Assembly (NCBI GenBank): GCA_036172245.1
Contig: JAYWIR010000005.1
Span: 5,456,001 to 5,520,000 of the forward strand
Length of the DNA stretch: 64,000 bases
Source: Raillietiella orientalis
Taxonomy: Eukaryota
Direction: 5' to 3'
The translations under genes were made by a program, and so were the position numbers. The notes below the pieces were generated by a model. The model was given only the letters and a program-made list of their open reading frames with translations, was not told the DNA's origin and did no database searches. The first letter of the stretch is position 1; each line of letters begins with the position of its first letter. This document shows, piece by piece, positions 41,609-54,000 of the stretch.

Positions 41609-41711
41609 GGCTGACAAACTATCTAAACGGAAGCTTTAAAAGCAAGAAAATAAAAGAAATCGTGATCTTGGGTTAAGAAACTGATAGCGAGTCTTTTTTC
41701 ATTTGTCAGAA

Positions 41712-43352
41712 ATGGATTTTGAACCTGTGCATAGCTACATTAAAATCACTTTGTTTTCTGATATATTATTTAGTGTTACGGATTTCTTCTATTAACTTTA
41801 GTAATGTAATAAAATAGTCCGATTTTTGAGTTTCCTCGACCACTAGCGAGCATTCTTCAAATTCTACAAGTACACCTGTACACTGCAAGTTCTAAATTGC
41901 ATTTTCTATTTAATGCCTTTGTGTTAGTCTCGATTTTCTGAGACGCATTCATGTCTTTTTCATTCTGAACAGTCATACGTAAGTGGACTAGGTCTACTAT
42001 GGATATAATAAAGCATTTAACACGATGAGGTCTTTTGGTGCCTCCTGAGGCATGAAATGGCAACGACTGCAGAGTACTGCTGACCTGGAAAGTGCCTTAT
42101 GTTTGCAAATGGAAACACGTGTTTTGGAAACGCTTTTCAGTTCAACATTTAGAAGGTTATACTGTTGTCCATCCAACCAGATGGAGACTTCAGTGCTTTC
42201 AGCAGCCAAAGTTTAGCAGCTAACATGCTATTTAATAAGATATTGTATTTGTTGATACTGTAATTGCTATAACTGTAAATTTCAAAATAAGTTTATTGGA
42301 TGGGATTTTAAAAAAAAAATCATAGAAATTTTTCTGGTAGCATCCACTTAGCTTTTGGTATGATCATGGAAGGTATGGAAGGTATGATCACTTGTGAAAA
42401 AAAAGTTCCTTGTGAATTGCCAATCACAATAAACCAGTTTTCAATTGCTTTCAAGGTTTACACAATACTATGTAAGCTGCAGAAAAACTGCTACTGCTCA
42501 AGGAAAGTCTCTGGGAACTCCTTAACTCATTCAATGGCCCCATCTTAAAAAAAAATTGATGAAAACTTGAGTCGCTCAAATGCCTAATGCAAGGGGAAAC
42601 AACTGAAATGACTGACAATTTTCATTTTTTTTTTTTTTATTTCTGACCAGTTTTGATCACATGTGATAGACTCCAACTTCCTTGGCACACATATCTCAAA
42701 ACAGAACAGTATACTTGAAGATAAATGAATCTGTTGCATCCACAGTACTGCCACAGATTTTGAGCCCTAAAGCGTCAATTAGCTGTAGTAACTTCATTAG
42801 GCTTCGATCTCATGTGCGAGATTAGTATACACTTGTTTCTAATGCGATTTGTTTCCTTCAAGGAGCTCATTTTTGCATTCACCAAAATTTCAAAGCCATG
42901 TTTACCACGTTTACTGAACACATACCCTAGTATGATGGGCAATTTCGTTAGAATTACCTTCTTATATCCTCACATCAATTTTCTGGGAGTACCATCTTAT
43001 GGTTTGCGAATGCAGGCAAACCAAACCTTAGCCCAATGTGTACTACTTTCCATTCCCAGGCTAAAGCAGTTGCTTTAAGGAATTTTTTCAATTTGATGCA
43101 TGAGTAATTCTAACAACAATAGTTGCAGTTATTTTACATGTCATTGTGATTAGTGACTGACAAACCACAGTCCATTTCACTAGACTTGCTTAATTAAGTG
43201 ATTAAGCCCAACATTAGCATAGGCAAGCCAAATACTGAAACAGGATGTCACATCAACAAAAGATGATTACTCAGCAAATGATCGTTATTGTGAATATGTG
43301 CAACCTGAGAATGGAGATAAGACCGAACAGCTGAATGTAAATGCTGCATCAT
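41712..43352 (+). other. Possible uncharacterised multi-exon gene with very short exons
   Basis: Plausible spliced fragments: MDFEP|CYGFLLLTLVI (signal-like); VYYGYNKAFNTMR|VLLTWKVPYVCKWKHVFW; terminal QILKQDVTSTKDDYSANDRYCEYVQPENG..*. I could not build a complete model. Confidence 0.2.
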
Positions 43353-43580
43353 GAATCACTACAATGAATGATTTATGGAAATCAACCCAGCACCACAAAT
43401 TACGTAGAGAATTAATGCCAAAGCATCTCGATATGTCAAAAACGTAAGAATGTTTTACTTCTTAACAAATGTTAATATTTTTCACAATCTCATACAAATG
43501 CAAATCTATTCCTATCTGTTCTGTATCCATACAAGAATTCAATGAGGGATCCTTTGGAACTAAAATAATTCAACATTTAT

Positions 43581-45200
43581 TTATTTGCTCCCTAACTTGA
43601 TTTGTTTTTGATGTAAAAATAATACTAAGAATACTGATGCTGCAACATGCAAATGCAATAGCATTACAGATGTGAACCAAGTGGCATCATGTGTATTCAT
43701 TACACAATTGATCAAGCCAGTTGACAAATTTGCAAGTAAGAAGAAAGCTAATGGATTATAAGAAATAGCAGAGAAGAAGATAGAACACTGGTCTGCCCAT
43801 GGATATTGAGTTAAAGCACTTGCTCTGGCCTTTTGGAATACATCTTCAAGGAAAAACAATGTTAGTGCAAAACATCCACATAAAACAATCAGCAAGCAAT
43901 AGGGAGCATTTGCTAAACGTCTGGATGGAAGACTATTCAACCAAAGATGAATCATGGCTAGACCAAAAGCAAGTGAACATACAACTAGTAGGTTTTTCAA
44001 TATCCTCCTCCAGTTCTGAGTTCTAAAGAAAAATCAACTAGAATCATATGTACTCCCCTTACTGGATAAGCATTTTGTGTACACCAACACCTGAGAGGTG
44101 GATTACCACAAAGCCTGCCACAGAGCACAATCCCTCTCGGTTGGCATCTAATAGATTCTGGGTACGATCAAGACGCAATATCCAATCCTTCAACTGGCCT
44201 TTGCTCAGTATAATTTCATATACTGAAGACAATAATACAATCAAGATAATTAAATTCTGGGGCCAACTCTGCAACAGCAGAGCAGAAAGAATCTGCAACA
44301 TAATGCCACATAATGCAACTTATAAATCAGAAAACTTACATTAACAGTAAATAGTGTGAAGAAAAAATTCCAATGTACCCCATATTCTATGTCCACAAAA
44401 CCCTTATATGTAATACTATGAATCACCACTGTACGCATTATGCCTAGAATCAATAAAGGACACGATTTCCTCAGGACCAATAAAAAACTGTTCAAGTGAT
44501 GCTGAAAATGCATAAAACTTTCTTCCTTACTCATTCTTTCTCCTATTGGAAGACTGAAAGACTAGACCATTAAAGAAAATGAATGCACCAACACCAAAAT
44601 CCATCAATGTGCATCCATACACCTGGCTTTTAGCAAACTTGGCTGGAAACGTGGGAAAATCCACAGCCAGTATCACAATAGCTGTAAGCAAATTAAGTCC
44701 GCCACGACACTTGGTGATACAAGGAACTTGTTTACTATTAAACTGCAAGATCATTAAGTTAAGATTATGGGCAGAGTTTACAGACACAATATCCAAATTT
44801 TATGTAAACAAACAAAAACACTTACGTCAACATTACAGCATGAGAGAGACATGTTTTTTTGTTTTGTCCAGAGATTCAGCAGAACAAGCGCGGCTACAGT
44901 TCCAAAAAATAGGAAAACACTAACTGGATAATCTGCCAAACTAGTTAAAAGTACAATAGGTATGCTACACAAAAATATAAATTCCACAAAAATTCTAAAA
45001 CAAAACCACGTGTAATGCTCCGATTATCAGGATATTCAGTTGATGAAACCTTTTTGCGACAATACATACCTTCTTCGTACATGAGATGGAGGGCAAATAT
45101 TGCTTGCTATAAAGGGCATAAACCATAAACTTAGTAAAATTAGGGGCAATTCAGATATGCTGGAGAGCTGGCTGCTTGCAGAACTGTTCGTATATTCCAT
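43581..45200 (-). CDS. PIGW: GPI inositol acyltransferase PIG-W/Gwt1, multi-exon
   Basis: Family motifs LLTAIVILAVDFPTFPAKFAKSQVYGCTLMDFGVGAFIF, EYGVHWNFFFTL, ANREGLCSVAGFVVIHLSG, PSRRLANAPY, ISYNPLAFFLLANLSTGLIN. The start at ATG 45200 is a best guess. Confidence 0.9.
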
Positions 45201-45733
45201 ATCATTGAAAAATACTGTATCAAAATGACATATGATTACAGAGTTCACATAGGCTAACACAACCTCGGCTTCCGTACGATTTCTATGCCATCGCCAACTG
45301 CGACGGACGTTGCACGTCCCACAAGCAACGAAAAGAACTCGAGAGGGTTTACAAAATTCGGTTTCCCATCTGCAAGAGTATCGGCAGCCACATCAGCATT
45401 TGAACATAATATTTTATAGTTGCACTTCTGGAAACTATATTGTGCCAACTTTACATATCAGGTCTTCCAGGGATCTCCAATTAAGAGAGTTTCTTATCCA
45501 GAAAATAAATAATATTCACTTTTATTCTTCTTTATTAAATACGTATAAGAAATGCTATTTAATCGCATCAATCAGTAGCTTTTCATTTTATAATGGCAAG
45601 CATACAATCTAATGCAAGTTTATGAGTAATATATGTAGCTTTGTTACTTGATTTCCGTAAAGCCAAATCTCTCAAAAATCTCTCGCCATACTCACTCAAT
45701 ATTCATTTAGATCGTGAACTACTTTGAAGGCAT

Positions 45734-45788
45734 AGTTGCAAATTCTCCGGTATTGATGACTGTATTTATTGAAATACCCAAGCTTAGT
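45734..45788. repeat. 55-bp direct repeat, copy 1 (copy 2 at 47449-47503)
   Basis: AGTTGCAAATTCTCCGGTATTGATGAC(T/A)GTATTTA(T/C)TGAAATACCCAAGCTTAGT; 2 mismatches between copies. Confidence 0.95.
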
Positions 45789-47448
45789 CCAATTTGTGAC
45801 TGAACACTTTTGTCGTTATTTTGATTTTTGCAAATCACATTATGACTGCAAAAGCCCGTTTGTCCATAAATATTCTATACCCAGGACGAATTCATTGGTC
45901 CCTCAATTACGCATCACTTAGAGTGCAACAGTCCATAAATATGCTATATCTGCTGTAGTCAAATAGTGCAGTTCTCTTATAAGTCATGAAGCAACACTTC
46001 TTTAGAGCAACACACTTTTTCTTCGTTTACATAAAATCGTGTGATCATTCATAGGAAACTCTATATAAGCAACTTTACCAATCAGCAGTGAACGTAATTT
46101 CAGTGAGCATTCTATGGGAAGAACGAAGGAAATGCTACATATGCAGCTTGGCTTTTTGGGTCCTTCCAAATACATTTAATCCGAAATTTGATTCAAGGAA
46201 AGCAAACGAACATACGTTAAGTTTACGTTTTCATATGTCTCCAGATCGGGACTCAGGTGGCAGATGATAAGGCTGCAAATCATTTGACTGCACTTCGAAG
46301 TCACTTATTTGTAACACCAATTTCAAATTATGATGACTGAAGCATGCTGATAAATCTTATCTTCAGAGTACATCCTACTTTTCTATGCTAGCAATGTATG
46401 ACATTCGAAACGGACAGACAGACAAACTCCTAGATTAACATTAAAGATAAGATGGTTTTACCAACGAAAGTAATGCATGGTTGAGAAACACATCTTGTTG
46501 ACGATTTGTAGATGATTCGCATTAGTCATAGTTTGCACCATAATGAACACTCCAGTAATCTGCTGTACTGAACAATTTATCAAGAGAAGAGTTCATCCTC
46601 AAACCACTAAAATCACTGAGCATTTAGCTTAACTACTAACCCCTAAAAACGATCTTCAAAGTTCCCTTTTCTGGATTATTTTTTTTTTTACTCATCATAG
46701 TTGCATATTTCATAAAAAAGTGTTTTGATAGCAGCACTAAGAGAAAATACTTTGTGTTTTCTGTTTTTGAACTTTCAAGCGTGAGGAATTATGTTTTATC
46801 AATAATGTGGAGGAATTAACGAAGTTCCCTTCTAAAGGAACTTATGGCTGAAATCATCACTAAAATGGATAGTCTATTGGGTTAATCTTCAGAAGCAAAT
46901 CGCACTCTGCTCAAGTTTCATACTTGTGCCTTAGGGGTCAACCACAGTGTAAGATATCATATTTACTTATGAAGGATCGTCCACGTATGCATAGGCAGGC
47001 CGCAGTGAGAACGAATAATTCGTACTAAATAGCCTCATTATCCGAATTCACACCATTCGGACTTACAATTACATGTAAAATGCACGATTGGTTCCCGCTT
47101 AATAGAATAGGGAATGAAAGATTCTGAACATAAGTTTTTTATATGCTCGTTAAAGAGATATTTACCATAAAAATACAAAGTTTTTCTTTGAATCTGAATT
47201 CTTCTTTAACAAAGTCACAGAGTAATTGTAGAGGGCAAAATAAAAGCAAAAAGTTTTTTATACTATCCACGGACGTAGCCTTACGCCAGCAAAAACATCC
47301 CTACTGCTTTTCCAAATAGCATAGATAGGACTATCACTTTTCACAAATCTTCATTGATATGCTTGCAGATGCAGGATGCCTTATCGAAATTTCACGTCCC
47401 TTTATTTTTGCACTAGTAATGGCTTTGCACTTTGATCTTGGTCAAAAA

Positions 47449-47503
47449 AGTTGCAAATTCTCCGGTATTGATGACAGTATTTACTGAAATACCCAAGCTT
47501 AGT
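47449..47503. repeat. 55-bp direct repeat, copy 2
   Basis: Direct comparison with 45734-45788. Confidence 0.95.
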
Positions 47504-48896
47504 TCAGGATGAGAAGCGATGTAATCTTAGCCTTTCCCCAATCTCACTAGGGTGGGGTAATTTAACTTCTTTTTGCATTCATTCTATAGTCTTTCATTCC
47601 ACTTCGAACAAAGTTCATTATTATTTTTATGTAAATTATGTAATCTTGGCCAAAAAGCCAAGTAATGGCTTTACCTGAAAAAATAATCTTGCCCATTTTC
47701 ATATGGAGCTTTTTGCAACAAAATAGTCATGGATATCACGGCAGAAAGCAGTGCATGTTTATGCCAAGATAAAAAAAGCTTGAAGCAACAGCATCTAAAA
47801 CATCAAGGAAAACCTGGCAATCTTTGCTACGCATGCATTTGTCCACATTAGCTGAATTTTGATGTGCATTATACATGCTCTGGATTCCTGCGAAAATTCT
47901 TGAGAAAGCAAATTCACACTGATTGCAGCGTACCCATAAATGTGCTATCAGGACAGAATTGCAAAAAATTCCTATAATTTGTCAAATGATTGAACTGATT
48001 TTTTTTTTTAATAATTCATGGGTGAGAAAAAAAATTATGTAGCTGTCAAAACAGCAAACCTATTGACGCATACTTTCTGAAAAATGATCGTGCACTTAAA
48101 GTCACCATATTCTTTCACTACTTTACACAGTGCCATTTAAAAACACTGGAATCTTACCTCTCACTGCTTTAAATGCGATAAATGGTCTTAATTTTGATAT
48201 GAAACAAAATTACGACCATATCAAACACATCTAAGTGTTTTAAGTAACTTTTCTTAACACCATAAAACCATATCTTCAATTTGTAAACTAATGGGCAGTA
48301 ATCGTATGTACTTTGGTTTAAATGGGAGCTAAGTTGGTACTTGCTTACAATGAATGACGCGAATTTCTTCCTTCTTATTCACTTTATGCATTTAAATTCC
48401 ACGGATATCTCCACAATGTTTGGCAATCCATACACAAGTGTTTCTGAATAGAAAAAGTAACTCGTTCGGTACATCGATACCCAGTTGATTTTGTGATTTG
48501 GATTTAAGCCTCTACTTGGTATTCATTCATCATGTGTTAATTTATTCCAATAAAGGAATCAAACTTCACTCCTTCAACTGCTCCTAACTCTCTGCATATG
48601 AATCATTTTAGGATCCACACTCACATCTTCATACACTCGTAACTGAATCAATAGAAATCCTGAACATGTAAGTTATTTCACAAAAATGGGAATAAACATT
48701 ACTGAGAATAGTGAGGTGACAAAATGCAAGAAGCATCTGGCTGTGGTCTTTTCATATAGTGAAACAAGAGACTTTAAAAGTAGGAAACACTATAGGCGAA
48801 AAACGCAGAAAATAAACAAAAATCACAGCAAATAACACCTCTCAAAAGAATTAAAGCTCCAAGACTTGAAGCATTTATTTATTTGACATCAGTTGT

Positions 48897-50250
48897 TTAC
48901 TCGAAGAGACCTAAAATTAAATAGAATCATAAATGTTGTGTGTAAATTAGTAATAAATAATAATAACAATATATATTCATTCAAAACTCTAATCAATTAA
49001 CATATCAGAAGCTAATACATCTTAATCATATTTTAAATTCATGAAGATTTATTTACCAAAAGATATCAACTTACCAAAACCCATATCATCATCAGATTCT
49101 TCAGACTCTTCCTTAGTTTCTTTTACTTCTTTTGCAGGTGCTGCTAAAATACAAAAGAAATCAATTCACTTGCAAATAATATGCTATTTCTCTTAGGTCC
49201 ATATGCATCATATAGATCAATGTCATCCTATACTCAGTTAATACATGCTTCACATTTACTAATCATTTTCCTGTGCATAACGGCATGTGGAAACATAAGC
49301 GCAAAAATAAACTCTCACGTGTAGCTGCAGCTTCTTCTTTTCCAGCAGTAGTTGCAGTTACAGGGGTACTAGCTACTCCTGCGCTGATATTGGTAATTAG
49401 ATCCTTTAAACTGATGCTTTCCAATGCTTTTGAAAACAATCCTAGGAAGTTATACAGATAAAATTAGCAAACACTTTCATTAATGAAGATTGCAGTTTAC
49501 AAATCTCCATTTTAAACCAAATCTTTAGAACATGCATATGCACTTAAAAATCTTTTCACTTTAAATTGCATCCATGAATGCAAATTAATTATAATAACAA
49601 TTACAATATTATCCTAAACGTTTTATGAAGAAACAAAAACACATTACCGGGCCAATATGGCTCTACATCAACACTTGCAGCTTTCAAAATCGTTTGAATC
49701 TTTTCCGCCTGAAACACACTTTCTTTTACGATACAACAAATACTGGTCTTTCTGAATGCAAAACTTCAGACTCTTTCAAAATGGAATCCAAATGAAAGAT
49801 TTACGTTCAATTGCAACACTAGCGTAAGAAGCAGCTCCAGATTAAAAACACTATTGCAATATCAAAGTCATGAACTATGGCAATGATGGTTCATTTGAAC
49901 AGGCAACTTATAAGGATTCCAGGTTATACAAACAATTAAAAATACAATTCCCTTCGGCTAAAGAAATTTCAGTTATAACAAACTAAATACAACACTGGTG
50001 AAATCATCCCCGAAACAAACAACTTCGTATACGTTGTGTATACAAGGACTGTTACCAGTATTGTTTGCATTCCAATATGCCCGATCGTATATGATTACGA
50101 TTAACATTAAGCACCACAGCAACTTGATAGCAAATTAACACACAACACAACATACTCATTACATACTGTTATTGGAATGTCGTCATCATAAAGAATCAAT
50201 GCTGAATAAACACAACCCAATTCAGCTTTCTTGTCCGTATAGGCACCCAT
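48897..50250 (-). CDS. RPLP1: 60S acidic ribosomal protein P1. Exons about 50250-50167, 49708-49648, 49441-49319, 49143-49075, 48910-48897
   Basis: MGAYTDKKAELGCVYSALILYDDDIPIT|AEKIQTILKAASVDVEPYWP|GLFSKALESISLKDLITNISAG..|PAPAKEVKETKEESEESDDDMGF|GLFE*, ending in the conserved P-protein C-terminus. Absent from the ORF track because the exons are short. Confidence 0.95.
48968..49035 (-). ncRNA. Intronic box C/D snoRNA candidate, guide to 18S AGCUAAUACAU (predicted target about U169, human numbering)
   Basis: Minus strand: C ATGATTA (49029-49023); 11-nt guide ATGTATTAGCT; D' CTGA (49008-49005); C' TGATTA; D ATGA (48980-48977). D box lies about 66 nt from the 3' splice site. Confidence 0.62.
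49202..49279 (-). ncRNA. Intronic box C/D snoRNA candidate, SNORD45/U45-like guide (18S Um172, human numbering)
   Basis: Minus strand: C ATGATTA (49266-49260); guide GCATGTATTA antisense to conserved 18S UAAUACAUGC, 1 nt before D' CTGA (49237-49234); C' GGATGA; D ATGA (49211-49208); flanking TATGCA/TGCATA stem. D box lies about 63 nt from the 3' splice site. Confidence 0.72.
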
Positions 50251-50276
50251 TTTCACGAAATCGTCCTACCGCATGC

Positions 50277-50286
50277 AGGAAAAGGA
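50277..50286 (-). promoter_or_regulatory. Polypyrimidine (TCT/5'TOP-like) start site of RPLP1
   Basis: TCCTTTTCCT about 27-36 nt upstream of the ATG, as typical of ribosomal protein genes. Confidence 0.55.
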
Positions 50287-51000
50287 TTCCCTTCCACTGT
50301 ACAAAACAGGATATCCAAGTGCAAACACATTACAGTTTCCACGTTAAATACTATGCATAGTATTTGGAAAAAGCATTCCTTTTTGATGAATATTTTTCTA
50401 GAATTTCAATAGTCAAAAGCTTCAAGTTAATTCCCTTGTTGCAATGAACAAAATTTGTAATAAGAGGATATGGCAGTAAAAAGACAGTTGTTTATCAAAT
50501 TCCAGCAAGAACTATCCTACCCAAGACATGTGGAAAACATAAAATCTAAGCTCCAAATGATTTTGCAATGTAAGAATAGAAGGTCAGAATTGTGGAGTTA
50601 AATTACTATTTATTCAATCTATTCAGAATGAGACATAAAAATTCTTGTTTGAATAAAATCTCGGAAAGTTAAATTATTGTAGACACAAAAAACGAATTAA
50701 GGTTTACGAAGCAGCAAATAAACCATGAAATACCTGTCAGAAGTCCTTACTATCGAAAACCTTTGATTCGGAGATGATTTGTAGCACAATATGGACAACG
50801 CAAATTGTACTTGACCGCGTTGGAAATGCTTATCAGAGGGATGCGTTGCTCTAAGATCTAAGCAAAATTAAATACTCTAGCATTTTTATTTTGTAAAAGA
50901 TAATCAATTTCAAAATAGTCATATATTTCAAAACCTTATTTACATCACTTAAGAATACGCATTAAGACAACAGCACTTGCGTTGACAAGCGTGCACTGCT

Positions 51001-54000
51001 TTATGAGAGCTGACCAATTGGTAGACTTTCCAAATATAATGTATGCATCAGATGATGCTTTATGAATTCATCCGAAATGTTAATCTAGAACCATATGCAA
51101 CAAATCTAGGAATATTTATAATTACTTTGTAACTGGTTGGTTTTATGATCATCTTGTCTCAGCCACAGCAAGGATTGTTACCCTTTCTGACGAATACTTT
51201 GTATAGTAGATAGAATTTGTTATGTGTCCTCTATCCCATTGTAACCAATTGCACAATCAATCCATTTGTGAGAGATCTTATGATCAGCTAAATTTATACA
51301 ATAGAATAGAACTTGAGAAGGTTTTATTTAAGTTTTTTCGGATTCTTGGTAAGAGTAACACTATTTTCTCATTTACAGATGGAGCAATGTTTTCAATGCA
51401 TTGCAGTAGGTTGCAATTTGCCAGTCCTACTACATTCACACACCTTTCCATGGGCAAAAGCAGCTTGCCATTTGCACCAAACAAATAATATGCATTTTTT
51501 GGCTCTGGAAATGATACCTTCTTCACATCTTCACTTAATCTGATTTTAGAATTTCCTCCAATAGCTACCATTTTATACAAATACCTTAATGAAGTTTGTT
51601 TCCGTCATATCACTGCTCTAGAAAACTCGAGTCTCATAAAAAACTGCATACCTAAATGGGTACCAATGCCCAACGCATTGATCGCATACTTCTGTTCATA
51701 AAGACTCAAAATAACTTCCTCACTGATATTATTAGAAGCGAAAATAAGCAAAGCTTGGAACCATAGTATAATAAATCTGTAAACAACTAATGTAGAATCT
51801 GCAATGTTATTACATGTAATTCTGTGTTACTGCGATAAACACATTCCTTGTCATATTTGCAAAGTAAGCCCAATCATCACTGTCAATACACACACCAGTT
51901 GCTCCATATCCAAGATCCATAAGGACCGAGCCCTCAGTGCAAAAAGGTTCAACACACTCCCGTAAATGCATAGCTCTACTCATAAATCGTTGCATACTCT
52001 ATGGCAATCAACATAATTACAAAACATGCAGATTAGGAACTAAAGCTGTAAGCTCAACATAATTATATCCTTTTAGAATCAGGAAATGGGATTCTGGTAA
52101 TATCAAGGTTATATTTGATGATTGTGAAATGTTATGCTCAGAGTATTGCCCATATTTATATCATTATCATGTTCGAAATGTGGAGCTTTTTTTTTCTTTG
52201 TTCTACAAATTTGAAATTATCCTCATGCTCACAGGAAATGCACATAAAAAATTTGATTACATATAAAAGAACTTCTTAATCATCAATTAGGTTTTTCTTT
52301 CCTTTGCTTTTTTAACAGCATAATCAATACTTTCATATCATATATGACCACAAGTACAATCACTTATTAGATTGCAACTGCTAATAGCGCATTGCTTCTA
52401 ACTGAATGTATCATTTCTTCCGAGAATGGTATTCTAAATTCTAACTTCAAAGCTCGAAAATTATTGTGACATTTGCTTTTGATTACTAAAGCATTTAGTT
52501 CTGTTTCATTTTTTCCTCCTTTTCGTTGAGTTTTCAATATGTTGGTTTGTATTTTGAAGTTCGAAAACATTCTCAATCAAATATCATTGTTTACAATGTG
52601 GTTCTCGTTTTACAAATTGATTTGGTATTGTGAATTAGGAGTATTAGTATTAGAAACACCGCATAAAAAGCATCAAACAAGGCTAGAGGACTTAGAGAAA
52701 TTGGATTTCAAAATAATTAACGTCTTTTACTTTGGAATTAAATTACAATGCTATTTTGTTTTCTTGGATGTTATGAGATTATTAATTTCAAAAGCCTGTA
52801 TTTCCTATCTCCTGTTTCTCACCAGCATCAATATGGAGAATACTAATACAGACGTATGCGATTTAAAAATATTTTGGCAGTCAAGGATTAATAATGTTGA
52901 TGCATTATCACTTGGCAGACATTATGTATTTTTATACTTTTACAAAATATACATGTACATGTAAGTCAAGCGGCATACAAATTAAAAAAACCGGTTGCCA
53001 CCATTCTTGGAAGCTTCTGGCCAAAATGCAAATAAGTAGAGGCATACGATATGCCTCTATTTATTTTATCTTTGAAAACAAACATCTCCTAATATTAACA
53101 AAATGAATTGGAATCCTGTCTAAATAAAAATCAAGCAAATTAAAAATGGAATGAAGTCATGGAAATCCAACAATGCATACACTCCCAGTGGGAGGACCGA
53201 TTCACCATCAATAATTGTCAAGGTACAACGCTGCTAACACAAATTACAAGGTGTACAAAACTGGTAGAGAATGTCATCAAACAGTATTCGTTATGCTTTT
53301 AAAAAGGCTGTGAGGAAGTCTTTTACAGAGTTTGTAACTACTGTATTTCAAAACATTATACCTAACAAATAAAAACCAAAAAAATCATCAGGAAATGCGA
53401 TATAGCAAAGCTATACAGGACTCGAGCACTGAATCAGATGCTTCAGATTCGGAAAGGTGTAACGGATCACATAACTTCTTTCATGAAATGCAAAGTTTGT
53501 TTAAGTCTCCTTGGTACTCTCCTGTCTTGTGATGAAGCATCTGAAGTCCATGCAAAGATCATTACATTTACTTCCTAATTAGCAAAGCAGGGAGAACACT
53601 TTAATCCAGGTGAACATGCTTTCCAGTGATCAAATAAGTAACGTTACAAACTTTGGATAACTTACTTTTTTCAGTGTAGCATCATTACATGCAGAAAAGA
53701 AACATATAAAAGAATGGAACATTGTCTCCTTCAGAGAAATGTGAAAAAGCTTACTGACCAAGATATTACTAGTCCCATCTCTGTCAGCCATTATGTAGAC
53801 ATTCATTATAAGATGGACAAACAATATTAATATATGCATGTCTTGAAGCAGACACTTCCAGCTGGTCCCTGTTCTCTTCCCAAGCCACGATCCAAAAGGT
53901 GCAAATTATTACCTGCAGCAAAAAATGTGCTGCATTGGTTGTCATCAAGATTAATCATTAACACCAATTTGACATAGGCCAATTTATGGCTCATTACTCG

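Noticed and set aside
42746..42830. YCHRF-TGA-ALKRQL as a possible selenoprotein
   Set aside because: Spacing is not CxxU, no family similarity, no SECIS seen.
49950..50012. C/D-like motifs (GGGATGA..CTGA..CCGA) in RPLP1 intron 1
   Set aside because: No rRNA complementarity that I can recognise, weak terminal stem and atypical position.
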